NCBI GenBank assembly: GCA_963823035.1
Contig: CAWGKG010000012.1
Location: 384,001 to 448,000 of the forward strand
Length of the DNA: 64,000 nt
DNA from: an uncultured Gemmatimonadales bacterium
GTDB taxonomy: Bacteria; Gemmatimonadota; Gemmatimonadetes; Longimicrobiales; Gaopeijiaceae
Direction: 5' to 3'
Shown: positions 40,969-55,300 of the stretch, piece after piece
Layout: the number at the start of each line of letters is the position of its first letter
Position numbering within the stretch: the first letter of the stretch is position 1
Notes under the pieces: generated by a model
What the model was told of the DNA's origin: nothing
The model's database searches: none
Seen by the model: only the letters and a program-made list of their open reading frames with translations
Made by a program: the position numbers and the translations under genes

Positions 40969-42412
40969 TCACATGCCCAGCGCCGAAATCACCTCCGCCA
41001 CGACTCCGTCCAGATAGGCATCCGAGCCACCCGGGCTCGGGCCGAGCCTCACCACCACCATGTCGAGCGACGGGATGACCATCGTGTTCTGTCCCATGAA
41101 ACCGGCCGCCGTGTAGGCGTCCCGGGGAAGGCCGGGGAAGCGGCCCCCCGCGTTGACCCACCACAGCCCGCCGTAGTCCTGGTTCGGGTCGGACGGCGTG
41201 GGCGTGCTCACGAAATCCGTCCACCCTTCGGGGAGGATCCGCTCGCCCGCCCACACCCCCTTCCACAGGTGCAGCAGTCCGAATCGCGCCCAGTCGTAGG
41301 CGCTCATGAAGTCGTAGCCGGTGATGATGGGCGTCCCGCGGAGGTCGGTTTCGAGGACGGCGTCGCGGATGCCGATCCGATCGAAGAGCGCGCGACGTGG
41401 GAAGGAGAGCCAGTCCTCTCCGCGCTCCTCGACGATCCGACGCACGATGCACGTCACGGTGAGCGGGTCGCTGTTCCGGTAGCGGAAGACCGAGCCGGGG
41501 GGCTGGTCCAACGGCTGCTCGGTCGCGTGCCGGCAGACGTCACCCACCTGGTCCATGTAGAGCCGGAAGTGCTCGTTGGCCGAGGTGTACGAGCGAGGGT
41601 CGTCCAGCCCCAGGTTCAGGAAGTCGAGCCCGCTGCTCATGTGCAGGAGGTCGCGCAGGAGGATCGCGGCGCGCGGGATCCTCTGGATCGGCGTGCCAGG
41701 CCGCGACCGGCGCGGGCTCGTCGAGGCTGAGTGCGCCCTCCTGCACGAGGACGCCGGCGAGCGCGGCGGCGATGCTCTTCCCCTGCGACCACGAGATCTG
41801 CGGGGTGTGCGGACCGAAGCCCTCGGCGTAGCGCTCCGCGACGATGTGGCCGCGATGGAGAACGACCAGCGCGCGTGTGTTCTGCCCGGCCGGGCCCATC
41901 GCGCGGTCGAGCGCCGCATTCAAGGCGTCCGCGTCGGCGCTCTCCGGAAGCGGGGCGTGCGCCCCGAGGTCGCCGGTGGGCCAGGGCTGCGTGCGCGGGT
42001 CCGGAAGGGACGAGGCGATCGTCCGCGGCTCGAACGCCAGGGTGGTGGCGGCCCCCGCCGACCCCCCTCCGCGGGGCTCGATGATGCACCCCTGGTCGCC
42101 GTGGTATCCCGCGCTTCGCGCCGGAAGACCCGGCGCGCTCACCGTGACGCGGCGCGCGCTCCAGTCGACCTCGTAGCCGAAGGCGTCCTCCCACCGGAAC
42201 CACCCGAACGGACGGACGTCGCGCTCCAGCACCACGTCGGGCGCGCGCCGGAAGTCTCGCCCCACCACGAAGACGCCCGCGCACAGGTGATGGGCGCCCC
42301 ACGCCATCGCGGAGGACCGCTCCTCCGCGGTCTGCGCGCCGAGCGGCGCGGCGAGCAGGACACCGACGACGAGCGCGCTGACGGCCGCCGCGCCGGTGGA
42401 GCGGGAAGGCAT
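40969..42412 (-). CDS. Serine hydrolase (beta-lactamase family); frameshift near 41680
   Basis: Signal peptide, SWSQGKS (SxxK), DLLHMSSGL, FRYRN, ARFGLLHL...GVWAGERILPEGW, AAGFMGQ. Confidence 0.88.
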
Positions 42413-42421
42413 GGCCCGTGC

Positions 42422-43568
42422 TCAGCGCACGGTGAACGCGATGCTCGCGCGCGTGTTCTCCCATTCCAGGGCGATCGTGCCCTTTCCGCCGCCTCCGTCC
42501 ACGACGTCCATCGAGAACTGCTCGACCGGCTGGGGCAGCGCGCTCACCTCGAGTGGGAGACGGGCGATGTCCTGAGCCTCGTCGTACACGGTGCCCCACT
42601 GCCCGTGCTGCGCGTTGATCACGAGCGTCCATGTGGAGGCCGTGGGCACGCACCAGAGGGAGTAGGTGCCGGCGGGCACGAGCTTCCCGCCGATCACGAG
42701 GTCACGGTCCGTGATCAGCTGCGTCGCGGCGTTCGCACCCAACCGCCACACCTCACCCCACGGCAAGATGCCGCCGAACACCTTCCGGCCGCGCATCGAG
42801 GGCCGGCCGTAGTCGACCGCGACGTGGGCCCTGCCCACGGTGGCGCTCGCCGTGTCGCGGGGCGACAGCGCACCCGGGGCCGGCCGCGCCGCCCACGCGG
42901 TCGGCCGCCCGCTCGACGTCGACGGACGGCACGCGCGCGACCGTGTACTTGCTCGTGGTCTCGGTCATGTCGAGGCCCTCCAGACGATCCTCCGCCGTGA
43001 GCGACGCGTGGACCGTGCCCCACCCCTCGTATGAGAAGTCCGCAGCGCGCTCGCCGAGCCGATGGAATCCGACGGGGAGCACCCGCTCCCCGGCGAGCGC
43101 CCCGATGCTCGTGCTGTCCACGCCGCTCTCCATCGCCTGCGCGAGGGACATCTCCCAGAAGCCGAAGAGATCCTCGTAGAAGGGGAGTGGGCGATCTCCC
43201 CCGGTCGCCACGACGAAGCTCCGGGTGGTGGTGTCGCGCTGGATCTCGACGGAGACACTGTCGCCCGTGTAGGTGAAGTCGGCCACGGTGGTCGGATCGC
43301 CGCCTGGTGGTCCGGACGTCATGTGCACGTGCGTCACCTCGCCAGCCGGTCCGAACGACACCTCGTAGGCGCGCACCGAAGCGCGCGGGTAGGCTGTGGC
43401 GCTCTCCCCCGTCAAGTGGTCGCCGGAGCGCGTGTAGCTCTCCACCGCGACGGTGTCCGTGGGACCGAGCATGGTGACGAACGAGCCCGTGACCGGCTCG
43501 CGCGCGCAGGCGGCGAGCGAGCAGGCGAGCAGGAGACCGGAAAACGTGCGGATCGATGCGTGCATCAT
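42422..43568 (-). CDS. Lipoprotein with C-terminal DUF2911 domain; frameshift near 42905
   Basis: Lipobox LAAC; LSPRD...VDYGRPSMRGRKVFGG...VWRLGANAAT...PAGTYSLW. Confidence 0.8.
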
Positions 43569-43689
43569 CCCCCCAGAGTGACGCGTCGTACTGGACGAAC
43601 TTCGATACGACAGGTCTCCGGAAGTTGCCTCACGCTCCGCGGCGGCGCCATGCCGGGCCGGCGAGGTTGACCACGTTCCGGAGGCGCCT

Positions 43690-44673
43690 TCAAGCCGATC
43701 GGCTGCGCCCCCCCGTCATGAAGGCGTCGTGGTACTCGCGGAGGCGCATTCCATATCGAGCGGCCTGTCCGAGGCCGTTGTAGTGGGACGCGAACTGCTC
43801 GTAGCGACCCTGCTGAAGCGCCTCGAGCATGGGCGACGTGGTGCCCGACCCGATCACGAAGTCGAACATGCCCAGGAGGTGGTAGCGCTCGTCCGCGCTG
43901 AATCGGTCGAACATCTCGCGTGGCGAGTCGTACCCGATCCGCGACGCGTTGAAGCCCATGATCTGGGCCGCGCCCATGCTGATGGAGCGCAGCGCCGCGG
44001 GCTCGTCGAGCCCGCGTGCGAACTCGAACACCCGCCACTCCTCGTCCTGCGACGTGTGACACGGCCGCCAGCGGCCGTCGCCCTCGCAGAACTCGTGTCC
44101 CTGCCAGCGGCGGCTCGCGTCGTAGCGGAAGAACGACCCGAAGCGCCCGCGGCCCGCTTCCCCCCACTGCCGTTCGAAGACGTGGTTCTCGAAGCGGATG
44201 ACCATGCGCCCGTTCCGGAAGCCGCTGCCCGAGGACTCCGCGAGCAGCACGGCGATGGCGGAGGCGCGCTCCACCGCAGTGAATTCGCAGAGCGGCACGA
44301 GGAGACCGCCGAAGCGGTTCCAGGTCTGGGCCGCCCTCAACCCCGAGCCTCTCAAGCCGGCCGTGGGCCTCTGCTCCTCCCCAGGTGCCGGAAGAGGGGC
44401 GCTTTGCAGCTCGGGGCGCTCGTGCAGGAAGCCCGAGGCGTGGTCCGCCTCCGCGAGCCGTACGTAGTCCCCGTGCACGAAGCCCTCGACGTCACCGACA
44501 CGGATCCGGTACCACGCTCCCTCCCGTGCCAGGATCTGGATCTCGTCACCACGCTGGAGCCGACCCGTGGTCGGGCGATCCGTCGAAGGCGTGGGTCGGA
44601 TGTTGAGGACGCTTGCGGTGACGACGGCGGCGCGGGAGGGCATGGAGGGCGTCCCAGGCTTCGAGGTGGGCAT
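43690..44673 (-). CDS. SH3b + N-acetylmuramidase (DUF3380-like) peptidoglycan hydrolase
   Basis: LNIRPTPST...GAWYRI...GFVHGDYV (SH3b); AESSG.GF...IRFENHVF...ALRSISMGAAQIMGFN...FASHYNG. Confidence 0.85.
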   Translation of the reverse strand: MPTSKPGTPSMPSRAAVVTASVLNIRPTPSTDRPTTGRLQRGDEIQILAREGAWYRIRVGDVEGFVHGDYVRLAEADHASGFLHERPELQSAPLPAPGEEQRPTAGLRGSGLRAAQTWNRFGGLLVPLCEFTAVERASAIAVLLAESSGSGFRNGRMVIRFENHVFERQWGEAGRGRFGSFFRYDASRRWQGHEFCEGDGRWRPCHTSQDEEWRVFEFARGLDEPAALRSISMGAAQIMGFNASRIGYDSPREMFDRFSADERYHLLGMFDFVIGSGTTSPMLEALQQGRYEQFASHYNGLGQAARYGMRLREYHDAFMTGGRSRSA

Positions 44674-44793
44674 TTCTGGAGAGTCGACGATAGGAGCGAC
44701 CCCTGCGGTGCGGCAACGATGTTCGAGGGCAGACCGCGGATCGCTCCCTCTTCGCTCCGCGGACGATCCCGACCGTTGCACTCCCGCCGTGCA

Positions 44794-44828
44794 TTATACA
44801 AAATAGAAACGATTTCTACGATGTATAA
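44794..44828. promoter_or_regulatory. Putative PadR operator (35-bp imperfect palindrome) overlapping the promoter
   Basis: TTATACAAAATAGAAACGATTTCTACGATGTATAA, AT-rich dyad just upstream of padR; TTGCAC at 44776. Confidence 0.65.
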
Positions 44829-44840
44829 CCGGGAGGGAAC

Positions 44841-45184
44841 GTGGGTGGGGAAGACGGAGTGCCGGGATCGTTCGAGGAGCAGGTCCTTCTTGCCGTGGCG
44901 CACCTGGGCGATCGCCCGTACGGGATGACCGTCCGGCGGGAGATCGAAGCGCGCACCGGGGCCGCCGTGTCGATCGGTGCGGTCTACGCCACGCTGGACC
45001 GCCTCGACGGCAAGGGGTGGATCACGTCCGGGTTCGAGTTCGGGGACGAGGCACGCGGCGGGCGGGCGCGGAAGGTGGTCCGCCTCACCGCCGAGGGCGC
45101 CGAAGCGCTGCGGCGGGCCCGGGCCGTACACAACCGGATGTGGGAGGGGCTGGACCTGGCTTCCCTCCCCCGTGAGGAAGGGGC

Positions 45185-45188
<4 letters not shown>
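44841..45188 (+). CDS. PadR family transcriptional regulator
   Basis: GSFEEQVLLAV...PYGMTVRREI...SIGAVYATLDRL...GGRARK...LTAEG. Confidence 0.92.
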
Positions 45189-47809
<2,621 letters not shown>

Positions 47810-47819
47810 CCCGCCCCCT

Positions 47820-49311
47820 CTACCCGATCGGCACGCGCCGGCGCATCAGCGCCTCGATCTCGTCGATCTCGCGCGGGGCCGTGCTGATGCGCTCGAGGCC
47901 CGTCGGCGTGATCACGTAGTCGTCCTCGATGCGCACGCCCGTGTTCTCGTAGCGGGCAACCTGTGTGCGCACGGCCTCGATGAAGCGCCGGTTGCGCGGG
48001 GTGTCCGGGAGGATCTCGAGCGAGGCCGTGGAGATGTAGATCCCCGGCTCGATCGTGAAGACGTCGCCCGGCTGGTAGGTGTGGTCACCCCCGTAGTACG
48101 AGGCCGGGTCGTGCACCTCGAGCCCGATGCCGTGGCTGATGCCGTGGATCGTCCACAGCGTGGCCTGCCGGCACGATGCCGGGCGGGCCTCGCAGTCGGC
48201 CTGCCACGGCGGATCGAAGAGGGCGTCCGGGCTCTCCACGAGCCCGAGCTCCGCGAGGCCCCGGGCGCGAACCTCGAAGGACGAGTCCTGCGCCGCGGGC
48301 TGGTCCATGCCGGGGCCGGAGTTGCGCTCCGCCGCGCTCTGGGCGTCCCGCACGAGCTGATAGATGCGTCGCTGCTCCGGCGTGTACGTACCGCTCACCG
48401 GAATCGTACGCGTCACGTCCGCCGCATAGCCGCGGTACTCCGCCGCCGCATCCATGACCACGACCTCCCCGGGCCGCGCGGGTGCGGTGTCCTTCATGTA
48501 GTGCAGCTGCGTGCCGTTGGCGCCGGAGCCCACGATCGAGCCGTACGCCGGCCGCTCGGCGCCCAGCCGCGTGAACGTCCCCTCGAGAGCGGCGCGGAGC
48601 TCGTACTCGTGGCTGGGATTCGCGACGAGCATCGCGGCGCGGTGACCCTCCGAGCTGATCTCGGCGGCTTTCTTCAGGAGCGCGATCTCGGCCGGGCTCT
48701 TTCGCCCTCGCAGGCGGTCGACGATCGGATGCGCGTCCCGCACCTGCACCTCGCCGTGTCGCGCGGCGAAGCGGCGCATGAAGGACCGGCCGAGCGTGAG
48801 GGAGTCGTCCGCTGCGAAGTCCGCCGCCTGGAAGTCCGCGAGCGTCCAGAACGTGTGCACGGAGCGAGCGAGCGAGTCGACCACCGGCGTGAGCGCCTGG
48901 AAGGAGCGGCCGGCCACGCCGAAGTGCGCGCGCACGGTCGGCCGAGTCCGGTCGCCTGCCGTAGTAGAGCGCCACCCGCGGATCGATCGGCGTCAGGAAG
49001 AGCGTCGTCTCACCCCGTCCTCCGCTGACCACCATCACCATGGCCGCGTCCGGCTCGTCGAAGCCGGTCAGGTAGTGGAAGGCCGGGAAGCTGGAAGAAG
49101 GGCCCGCGGTCGGTGATCGGGGTGGGCGCCCCGAACGCGACGACCACGCCGTCGCCCACGGCCGCCGCGAGCGAGTCGCGGCGGGCGGCGAATTCGGCGG
49201 GGGTGATCTGGGCCGCGGCCGCAGTCGGCCCCCCGACCGAGAGCGCCGTGCGCCAGCACACCCGCCCTCCCCAGCCGCGCCCACGCCCCGAAGAACCCTC
49301 GATCGCTCCAT
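47820..49311 (-). CDS. Xaa-Pro aminopeptidase (M24B); frameshifts near 48950 and 49085
   Basis: EFAARR, FHYLTGFDEPDA, KSPAEI, LHY, DAAAEYRGYAADVTRT, HGIGLEVHD, TIEPGIY, GVRIEDD. Confidence 0.92.
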
Positions 49312-49465
49312 CGCCTCACTCCTCCGGATGGGTGCGCCGAACCGGGCTCCGGGTGGGAACCTGGAGTCCGGGAGTGGCCGGGGCCAGCAGTGGGGCCGAG
49401 CTGGGCCGCGGGCCCGGGCGCATCGAGAGTGTCGAATGGACCGCGCCCAAGAAGGCGCGAGGCCC

Positions 49466-49502
49466 CGAGGGGGACCCCGGAACGAGGTCGGGATCCCCCT
49501 CG
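49466..49502. terminator. Stem-loop downstream of the amidohydrolase gene
   Basis: CGAGGGGGACCCCG...CGGGATCCCCCTCG inverted repeat. Confidence 0.45.
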
Positions 49503-49516
49503 CTGGCAGCGCTAGC

Positions 49517-50953
49517 CTACCAGTTCACCTCGTCCGCCTGGTCCTTGGGGCCCAACGTGCCCTGGAGCGGTTCGGAGAGGGCTCGGGGGTCGTAGACCAC
49601 GCCGTTCTTGACCACCGTTCGGACGTGGCGGGTGTTGCGGATATCCCGAATTGGATCCCCGCCGACGATGACCAGGTCGGCGAGCTTCCCCTGCTCGAGG
49701 GAGCCGAGGATGTCTCCCACCCCGAGCGCCCGGGCCGCGTTGATGGTCGCCATCCGCAGGACGTCGGGCGCCGGGATCCCGGACAGGTTGAGGGCGTGAA
49801 GCTCCCGATGGACCGAGAAGGGAGTGAAGTACTCGCCCCAGCTCGGATGGTCGGTGCCGAGCGTGATCAGGTCCTTCCCCCCGTTCTTGTAGAACTCGCC
49901 GATGAGGTCCTTCTTCACCCAGTAGATCTTCTCGAACTGGTCGTTCACCCGCCGGGGCAGGTGAGCCTCGACCAAGGACCGGGCGTACGGCGTCAGGTAG
50001 TCCATCTCGGGCGCGAAGTAGGTGAAGACCTCCGGGTCTCTCTTCCCGTAGTATCCGTATGCCGAACGGGTCGCGTCGTAGTACGTCCCGTGCTCCTTGA
50101 AGAGCTCCATGATATCCTGGAACTCCGGCATGTCGGGAGTCATGTTCACGAGCGAGGCGTACGCGGAGCGGGTGTCTGGCATCGCGTCGCCGCCCATGAA
50201 ATGCTCGATGCGGTCGATCCCCATCATGATCGCGTCACGCGGGTTGACGGAGTCGCGATACCCCGACCCAAGATGGCCCGTGACGGTGAGACCGTGCTCG
50301 TGAGCCGCCTCGATGAGCCACCGGAGGTGGTCGGGATCGATGTTCTTGGCCTTGAACCCGCGGACGCCCTGGGCCGCCCAGTACTCCACCTCGGCCCGGA
50401 GAGAGTCCCTGGAGATTGCGTCAGCGTCCCAACCCCTGCGCGCGCCACCGAAGTAAGGCCCCGAATTGAAGATGCGGGGGCCCGCCCTCTCTCCCTTGTC
50501 GATGCTGATGCGAGTGTCCCGCATCCTGTACGGGTTCACCTCTCCAGCCGGGAAGGTCGAAGTGACCCCGTTGGCCAGGAAGAGGGCCGGGTAGACCTCG
50601 GTGTCGTCCACGCGACCGTGACCCAGGAGGTCGACGGCATAGTGCGCGTGCAGGTCGAAGAGCCCGGGAATGATGTAGTCGTTTTCCGTCAGGTCGAGCA
50701 CTTGGATGCCCGCGAGGTCCGCCTCGGCGAGGTTCACGTGGACTCCCACGATGACCGAGTCCCGGATCAACACCCCTTCATTCGGTTCGAACGCGTCACC
50801 CTGTCCGGTGAAGATCCAGCCGCCGCGGATGGCCAGGGTGGCCCCGGCGAGGTCGTCCACCCGTCCCTCCTCTCCGCCGCCACAGGCCGCAGCCGCGAGG
50901 GTCAGGCCCAGCGCCAGTGCGAACAGCAAAGCCGGTCCATGTCGGGTCTTCAT
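49517..50953 (-). CDS. Amidohydrolase family lipoprotein
   Basis: Lipobox AAAC; IPGLFDLHAH, VTGH, IEH, GTD, ATINAARALG, GKLADLVIV. Confidence 0.9.
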   Translation of the reverse strand: MKTRHGPALLFALALGLTLAAAACGGGEEGRVDDLAGATLAIRGGWIFTGQGDAFEPNEGVLIRDSVIVGVHVNLAEADLAGIQVLDLTENDYIIPGLFDLHAHYAVDLLGHGRVDDTEVYPALFLANGVTSTFPAGEVNPYRMRDTRISIDKGERAGPRIFNSGPYFGGARRGWDADAISRDSLRAEVEYWAAQGVRGFKAKNIDPDHLRWLIEAAHEHGLTVTGHLGSGYRDSVNPRDAIMMGIDRIEHFMGGDAMPDTRSAYASLVNMTPDMPEFQDIMELFKEHGTYYDATRSAYGYYGKRDPEVFTYFAPEMDYLTPYARSLVEAHLPRRVNDQFEKIYWVKKDLIGEFYKNGGKDLITLGTDHPSWGEYFTPFSVHRELHALNLSGIPAPDVLRMATINAARALGVGDILGSLEQGKLADLVIVGGDPIRDIRNTRHVRTVVKNGVVYDPRALSEPLQGTLGPKDQADEVNW

Positions 50954-51037
50954 GCGTCTCTCGGTTGCTTGGGCCCCGGGGGGCGGCGTACCACCACCAC
51001 CCACCCGGGACCCCGTGGATTGAGGTGCGGGGCGTCG

Positions 51038-52366
51038 TCAGGTGTTCGGGTTGTTGTTGCGCTCCTGGTCGGGGAGCCAGATGCACGTCGTAGGACCGTA
51101 GGTCTGACCCTTGTGGTTCGTCCCCGTCGGGAACGGGATCCCGTGACGCAGCATGTCGTTCAGGCGGTGCCCTTCACTGAAGAGCTGGCGCCTCCGCTCC
51201 TCGAGAACGGTGGGAAGCATGTCGGCGACGTTGGGATTCTCGAGGGGCGCGATGCCCTGAGCGGCCCGCAGCCGGTTGATGGCGGCCACGGCCTCGGCTC
51301 CTCCTTTGGCCTCCGCGATGATGAGCTGGGCCTCCTCCCAGGACGCCAAGTGGATGGGCGAGGCCGCCGACCCGTACTTGAGCTGGTTCCACTGCGGCGT
51401 CGTGCCGTCGTGTCCGAAGGCGTTCGTGTTCTGCGGCTGAACGCGCGGGTCCGGCTCCCCGCCCACCTCGAGGTCCCGGTACGCCGCGGCAACGGACAGG
51501 TAGCTGTTCCGGATCGTGACGTTGTAGACTCGGTTCTCCCGGTCCCCCTGGATGCTCGAGTAGGTGGCATCGTACGACCACCCCTCGGGGATCCCCGCGG
51601 CGTCCGCGGCGGCCTCAGCGGCTCGACCCAGGTCGAGCCGAACTCGCGCCCGTCCCATCAGGGAGAGCAGCCTGAGGTCTTCGTCGCCCACCTCCTGGGC
51701 CCGTGCGATCCCGTCGGTGAAATACGTCTCGGCGACCTGGAGCACCTCGTCCGGCTGCATGAGCGGCCCCTCGTCGATGGCCATCTCACAGAAGCCCTCA
51801 CCCAACAGCGTGTAGCTGTAGCCCGCGTAGGCCTTCAACCCCGCCAGCATGTGTGCGCGGTTCGGGACGTCGGCGTCGTCGAACGCCTCCAGACGCCGGG
51901 CCACGTCCTCCGAGAGGAAGCGAGCCTGCTGCAGGGGCGTGTAGGCCCCGAAGCCCGAGGCGGCCCGGTTGTTGGAGCAAGTGCCGGCGGCCTGCTTGGT
52001 CTCGACGCCCCGCCAGCCCCAGATGTTGTCGTTTAGCCACGCGGAGGAGACGATGTATTCCTCCGTGAGCACGCCCACGGTGGCGACGTAGTTCCCGTAC
52101 GCGCACTCGAACGAGCCCAGCGCGCTGAAGTAGAGGGTCGAGGCCAGAGCCGGATTGTCCAGGTCGGAATCCTGCACCGAGCCCGGGATCTCCACATCCA
52201 GGAGACGCCCACACCCCCCCGAGGAGAGGAGCAGTGCTCCGAGGGCAAGGGCCGCCGTGCCCTTCCGCCGGGGCGTCCGGCCCGACCTGGGGTCGTTTCG
52301 CTTTGCACGCATCGCTGTCTCGCTCCCGTCCAGTTCGTCGAATCCGATTGGGTCTTGGCTCTTCAT
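51038..52366 (-). CDS. RagB/SusD family nutrient-binding outer-membrane lipoprotein
   Basis: Lipoprotein Cys after LLLSSGG; EAQLIIAEA, INRLR, EERRRQLFSEGHRLNDMLR, LPDQERNNNPN. Confidence 0.9.
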   Translation of the reverse strand: MKSQDPIGFDELDGSETAMRAKRNDPRSGRTPRRKGTAALALGALLLSSGGCGRLLDVEIPGSVQDSDLDNPALASTLYFSALGSFECAYGNYVATVGVLTEEYIVSSAWLNDNIWGWRGVETKQAAGTCSNNRAASGFGAYTPLQQARFLSEDVARRLEAFDDADVPNRAHMLAGLKAYAGYSYTLLGEGFCEMAIDEGPLMQPDEVLQVAETYFTDGIARAQEVGDEDLRLLSLMGRARVRLDLGRAAEAAADAAGIPEGWSYDATYSSIQGDRENRVYNVTIRNSYLSVAAAYRDLEVGGEPDPRVQPQNTNAFGHDGTTPQWNQLKYGSAASPIHLASWEEAQLIIAEAKGGAEAVAAINRLRAAQGIAPLENPNVADMLPTVLEERRRQLFSEGHRLNDMLRHGIPFPTGTNHKGQTYGPTTCIWLPDQERNNNPNT

Positions 52367-52380
52367 GTCGTCACCCTCCG

Positions 52381-55300
52381 TCAATAGGTGAGGTGGAGTG
52401 TGAACGTGAGCGAGGCTGTGGGTGGCATCACGGTCTGGTAGTTGTTCGAGAGCTGCCCCATGGCCCGGATCTCCGGATCCCACGCGATCATGTCGGCGAG
52501 GGGCACCGTGATCGAACCGTTCCGCGGCGTGCCCCAGCCTTCTTCCTTGGTCCAGAGCATCATGACGTTGCGCATGCCCAGACCCAGCGACCCTGCGGAA
52601 GCGCCCGCGAACTTCGCGACGGAGGGTGGGAGCTGGTACGTCGCCGAGATCTCGCGCAGGCGAAGGAAGCCGGCCTGGTACATGCCCGTCGCGTCGTTCT
52701 CGATGCCGCGGTACGCCATGAGGAAGGGATCGGTGCGTTCCAGCACCGGCTTCGTGATGCCGAGGTTGTGTTGCGCCCGGATCTCGGTGTTCGACTGCCA
52801 GTGGCCGCCGTTGCCCTCGACACGAGCGGCCAAGCGGAAGCGGTCCCAGAACGTGAACCCTGTGCCGAACCCGATCTGCCAGGTCGGCTGCGAGTGGCCC
52901 CACAGCACCTTGCCTGCCTCCGAGCAGGGGACTGCTGGACCGCCCTGCTCCATGCCCTGCAGCCCGGCGCCGCCGTCACAGAGGGCCTCAGTCACGAAGC
53001 CCCCGTCGTCGATGGTCGCCGAGACGATCTTGTACATGAAGAGGTCGCCGATGCTGAAGCCTTCGCGGTGCTGTCCCTGACCACCGGCGCCGATGAACTC
53101 CAGCCCGCCCAGATCGTCGATCCGGTTGTGCATGGTGGCGATCTGCGCGTCGACGTCCCAGGCGAACCTGGACCCTTCGACGGGCCGCGCGTTGATGCCC
53201 AGCTCGTCGCCCCACGCGCTGATCTGGCCGATGTTGACGATCTGGGACCCGTCGAAGCCGGACGAGGGCGGCAATGGGCGGTTCACGATGGCGTCCTTCA
53301 CCGTCCGGTCGTAGTGCGTGTATTCGACGCTCACGCGGCCCGACAGCACCGACGCGTCGAAGCCGACCTCGAGCTCCTCGCCGCGCTCCGGCTTGAGCTG
53401 GGGGTTGCCGAAGGCCGTGGGGACCAGCGCCGGGTTGTCCTGATAGCCGACGGCGGGCCCGTACAGCCGGGCTGCATCGAACGTCCCGGGCTGCTGGCCA
53501 GCCGCTCCCCAGGCACCCCGCACGCGGAACTGGTCCACGAAGCCGATGTGCCACCACGGCTCCTCGTGGACCACCCATGCGCCGCTCAGCTTCGGGTAGA
53601 TGGCCGCGTTGAAGTCGGTACCGAACGCGCTGTTGTCGTCGCCCCGGACGGCCGCCGTGATGAACACGCGGTTCTTCCACCCGAACTCCTGCTGGGCGTA
53701 GACGCCGACGGTGGCGTTCTCGATGAACGTTTCTCCACCGGTGCGCACCGCGCCGCCACTCACCGTCGTGATGGGCACGGCCGGGAATTCCTGACCCTGC
53801 GCCTCGATATAGCTCGAGCTGCGACGGAAGTACTGGAATCCCACCGACGAGGTCATGGCGAAGTCGCTGATGTTCCACTTCGCCGACCCCGCGTAGTCCA
53901 GCGTGACGATCTGTGTCGCTCCGCGCGTGACATCCTTGTCGCCGAGGCCCTGGCTGCCGAAGAAGTGGCTGCGTCCCTCTGGCTGCCTCGGCCACAGGAC
54001 GGACGAGACCTCGTCGTTCAGGTCGAGTCCCGCAACCAGCTTTTGTGTCATCCATTCGAACGGCGTGAATCGGAGCTCCGTGCTGAGCGTGGTGCGATCA
54101 TTGTCCGCGCGGCTCTCGACCTCGGCCCACTCTTCGGGCGGCGAGGAGTAGAAGCCGCGACTGCCGGAGGAGGCCTTCGCCGGCGAGGCCCAGATCATCT
54201 GACTGAACGGGTCGACACTGATGGCTGACGCCGGGAGACGGACCCGGGAGCGGATGTAGCTGGTGCTGGTCCGGAGCGTGAGCTTCGGGTTCAGGAGCAT
54301 CTCCACGTTCGCCCTCAGCCCCAGGCGCTGGCTGGTATTCCACGAGGCGACGCCGGTGTCGTCGTCGTACGAAGCCGATGCGAAGTAGCGGACCGCGTCG
54401 GTGCCCCCGCGCACGCTGCCGGCGTAGCCCATGAGGGGGCCATTGGTCCAGATCGGCCCTTTCCCGTTTTCTATCTCGTTGATGTACGGGTTGAAGCTGT
54501 ACAACGCACCGGTGGCGTTGTCCCTGGCCCAACGGAGGCCGGCGCGGCTCTCGGGATCCCAGAGCCAGTTCGTACCAGTCCGCACGGTCACGTCGAACTG
54601 CGGTGCGCCGGTGACACCACGCTTCGTGATGATCTGGATCACGCCATTCGATGCCTCGGTCCCGTACAGGGTCGCCGCCGCGGGGCCTTTGATCACTTCG
54701 ATGCTGGCGATGTCGTTCGGATTGAGGTCGTTGAGCCGGCTCACGTTCGAGCCGCCGCGCTGGCTGGGTCCCCGATCGGAGTCGCTGTCCACCCGGACCC
54801 CGTCGATGTAGACGATCGGCTCGTTGGAGAGCGAGAGGCTCGAAACCCCCCGGATGCGGACCTGCGCGCCTGTTCCGACGTTGCCGCCTCCCGGCAACAT
54901 CATGAGCCCCGGACTCCGCTGCGCCAGGAGCTGATCGACGTTGGATACGGGTGCCTGTCGAACGACCTCTTCTGCGTCCACCGTGCTCACCACGTTCCCG
55001 ATGGCGCGCCGCTGCGTACCGCCAGCGGTGCCGGTCACGACAATGCCGTCGAGGTCTAGCGCGCTCTCGGTGAGTCGGAAGTCCACCACCGTGGACTCTC
55101 CGGCGACGATGTTGGCCACCGTCTGTCCGGTGCTATAGCCGATCAGCTGGACGCGGACCGTGACCTGGCCCGCGGGGACGTTGGCGAACAGGAACCGGCC
55201 CTCGGCATTGCTGAGGCCTCCCATCCCAGCACTACCCACGGAGATCTGGGCGCCGGACAGCGGCGCGCCGGACTGCGCGTTCGTCACGCGGCCGACGATG

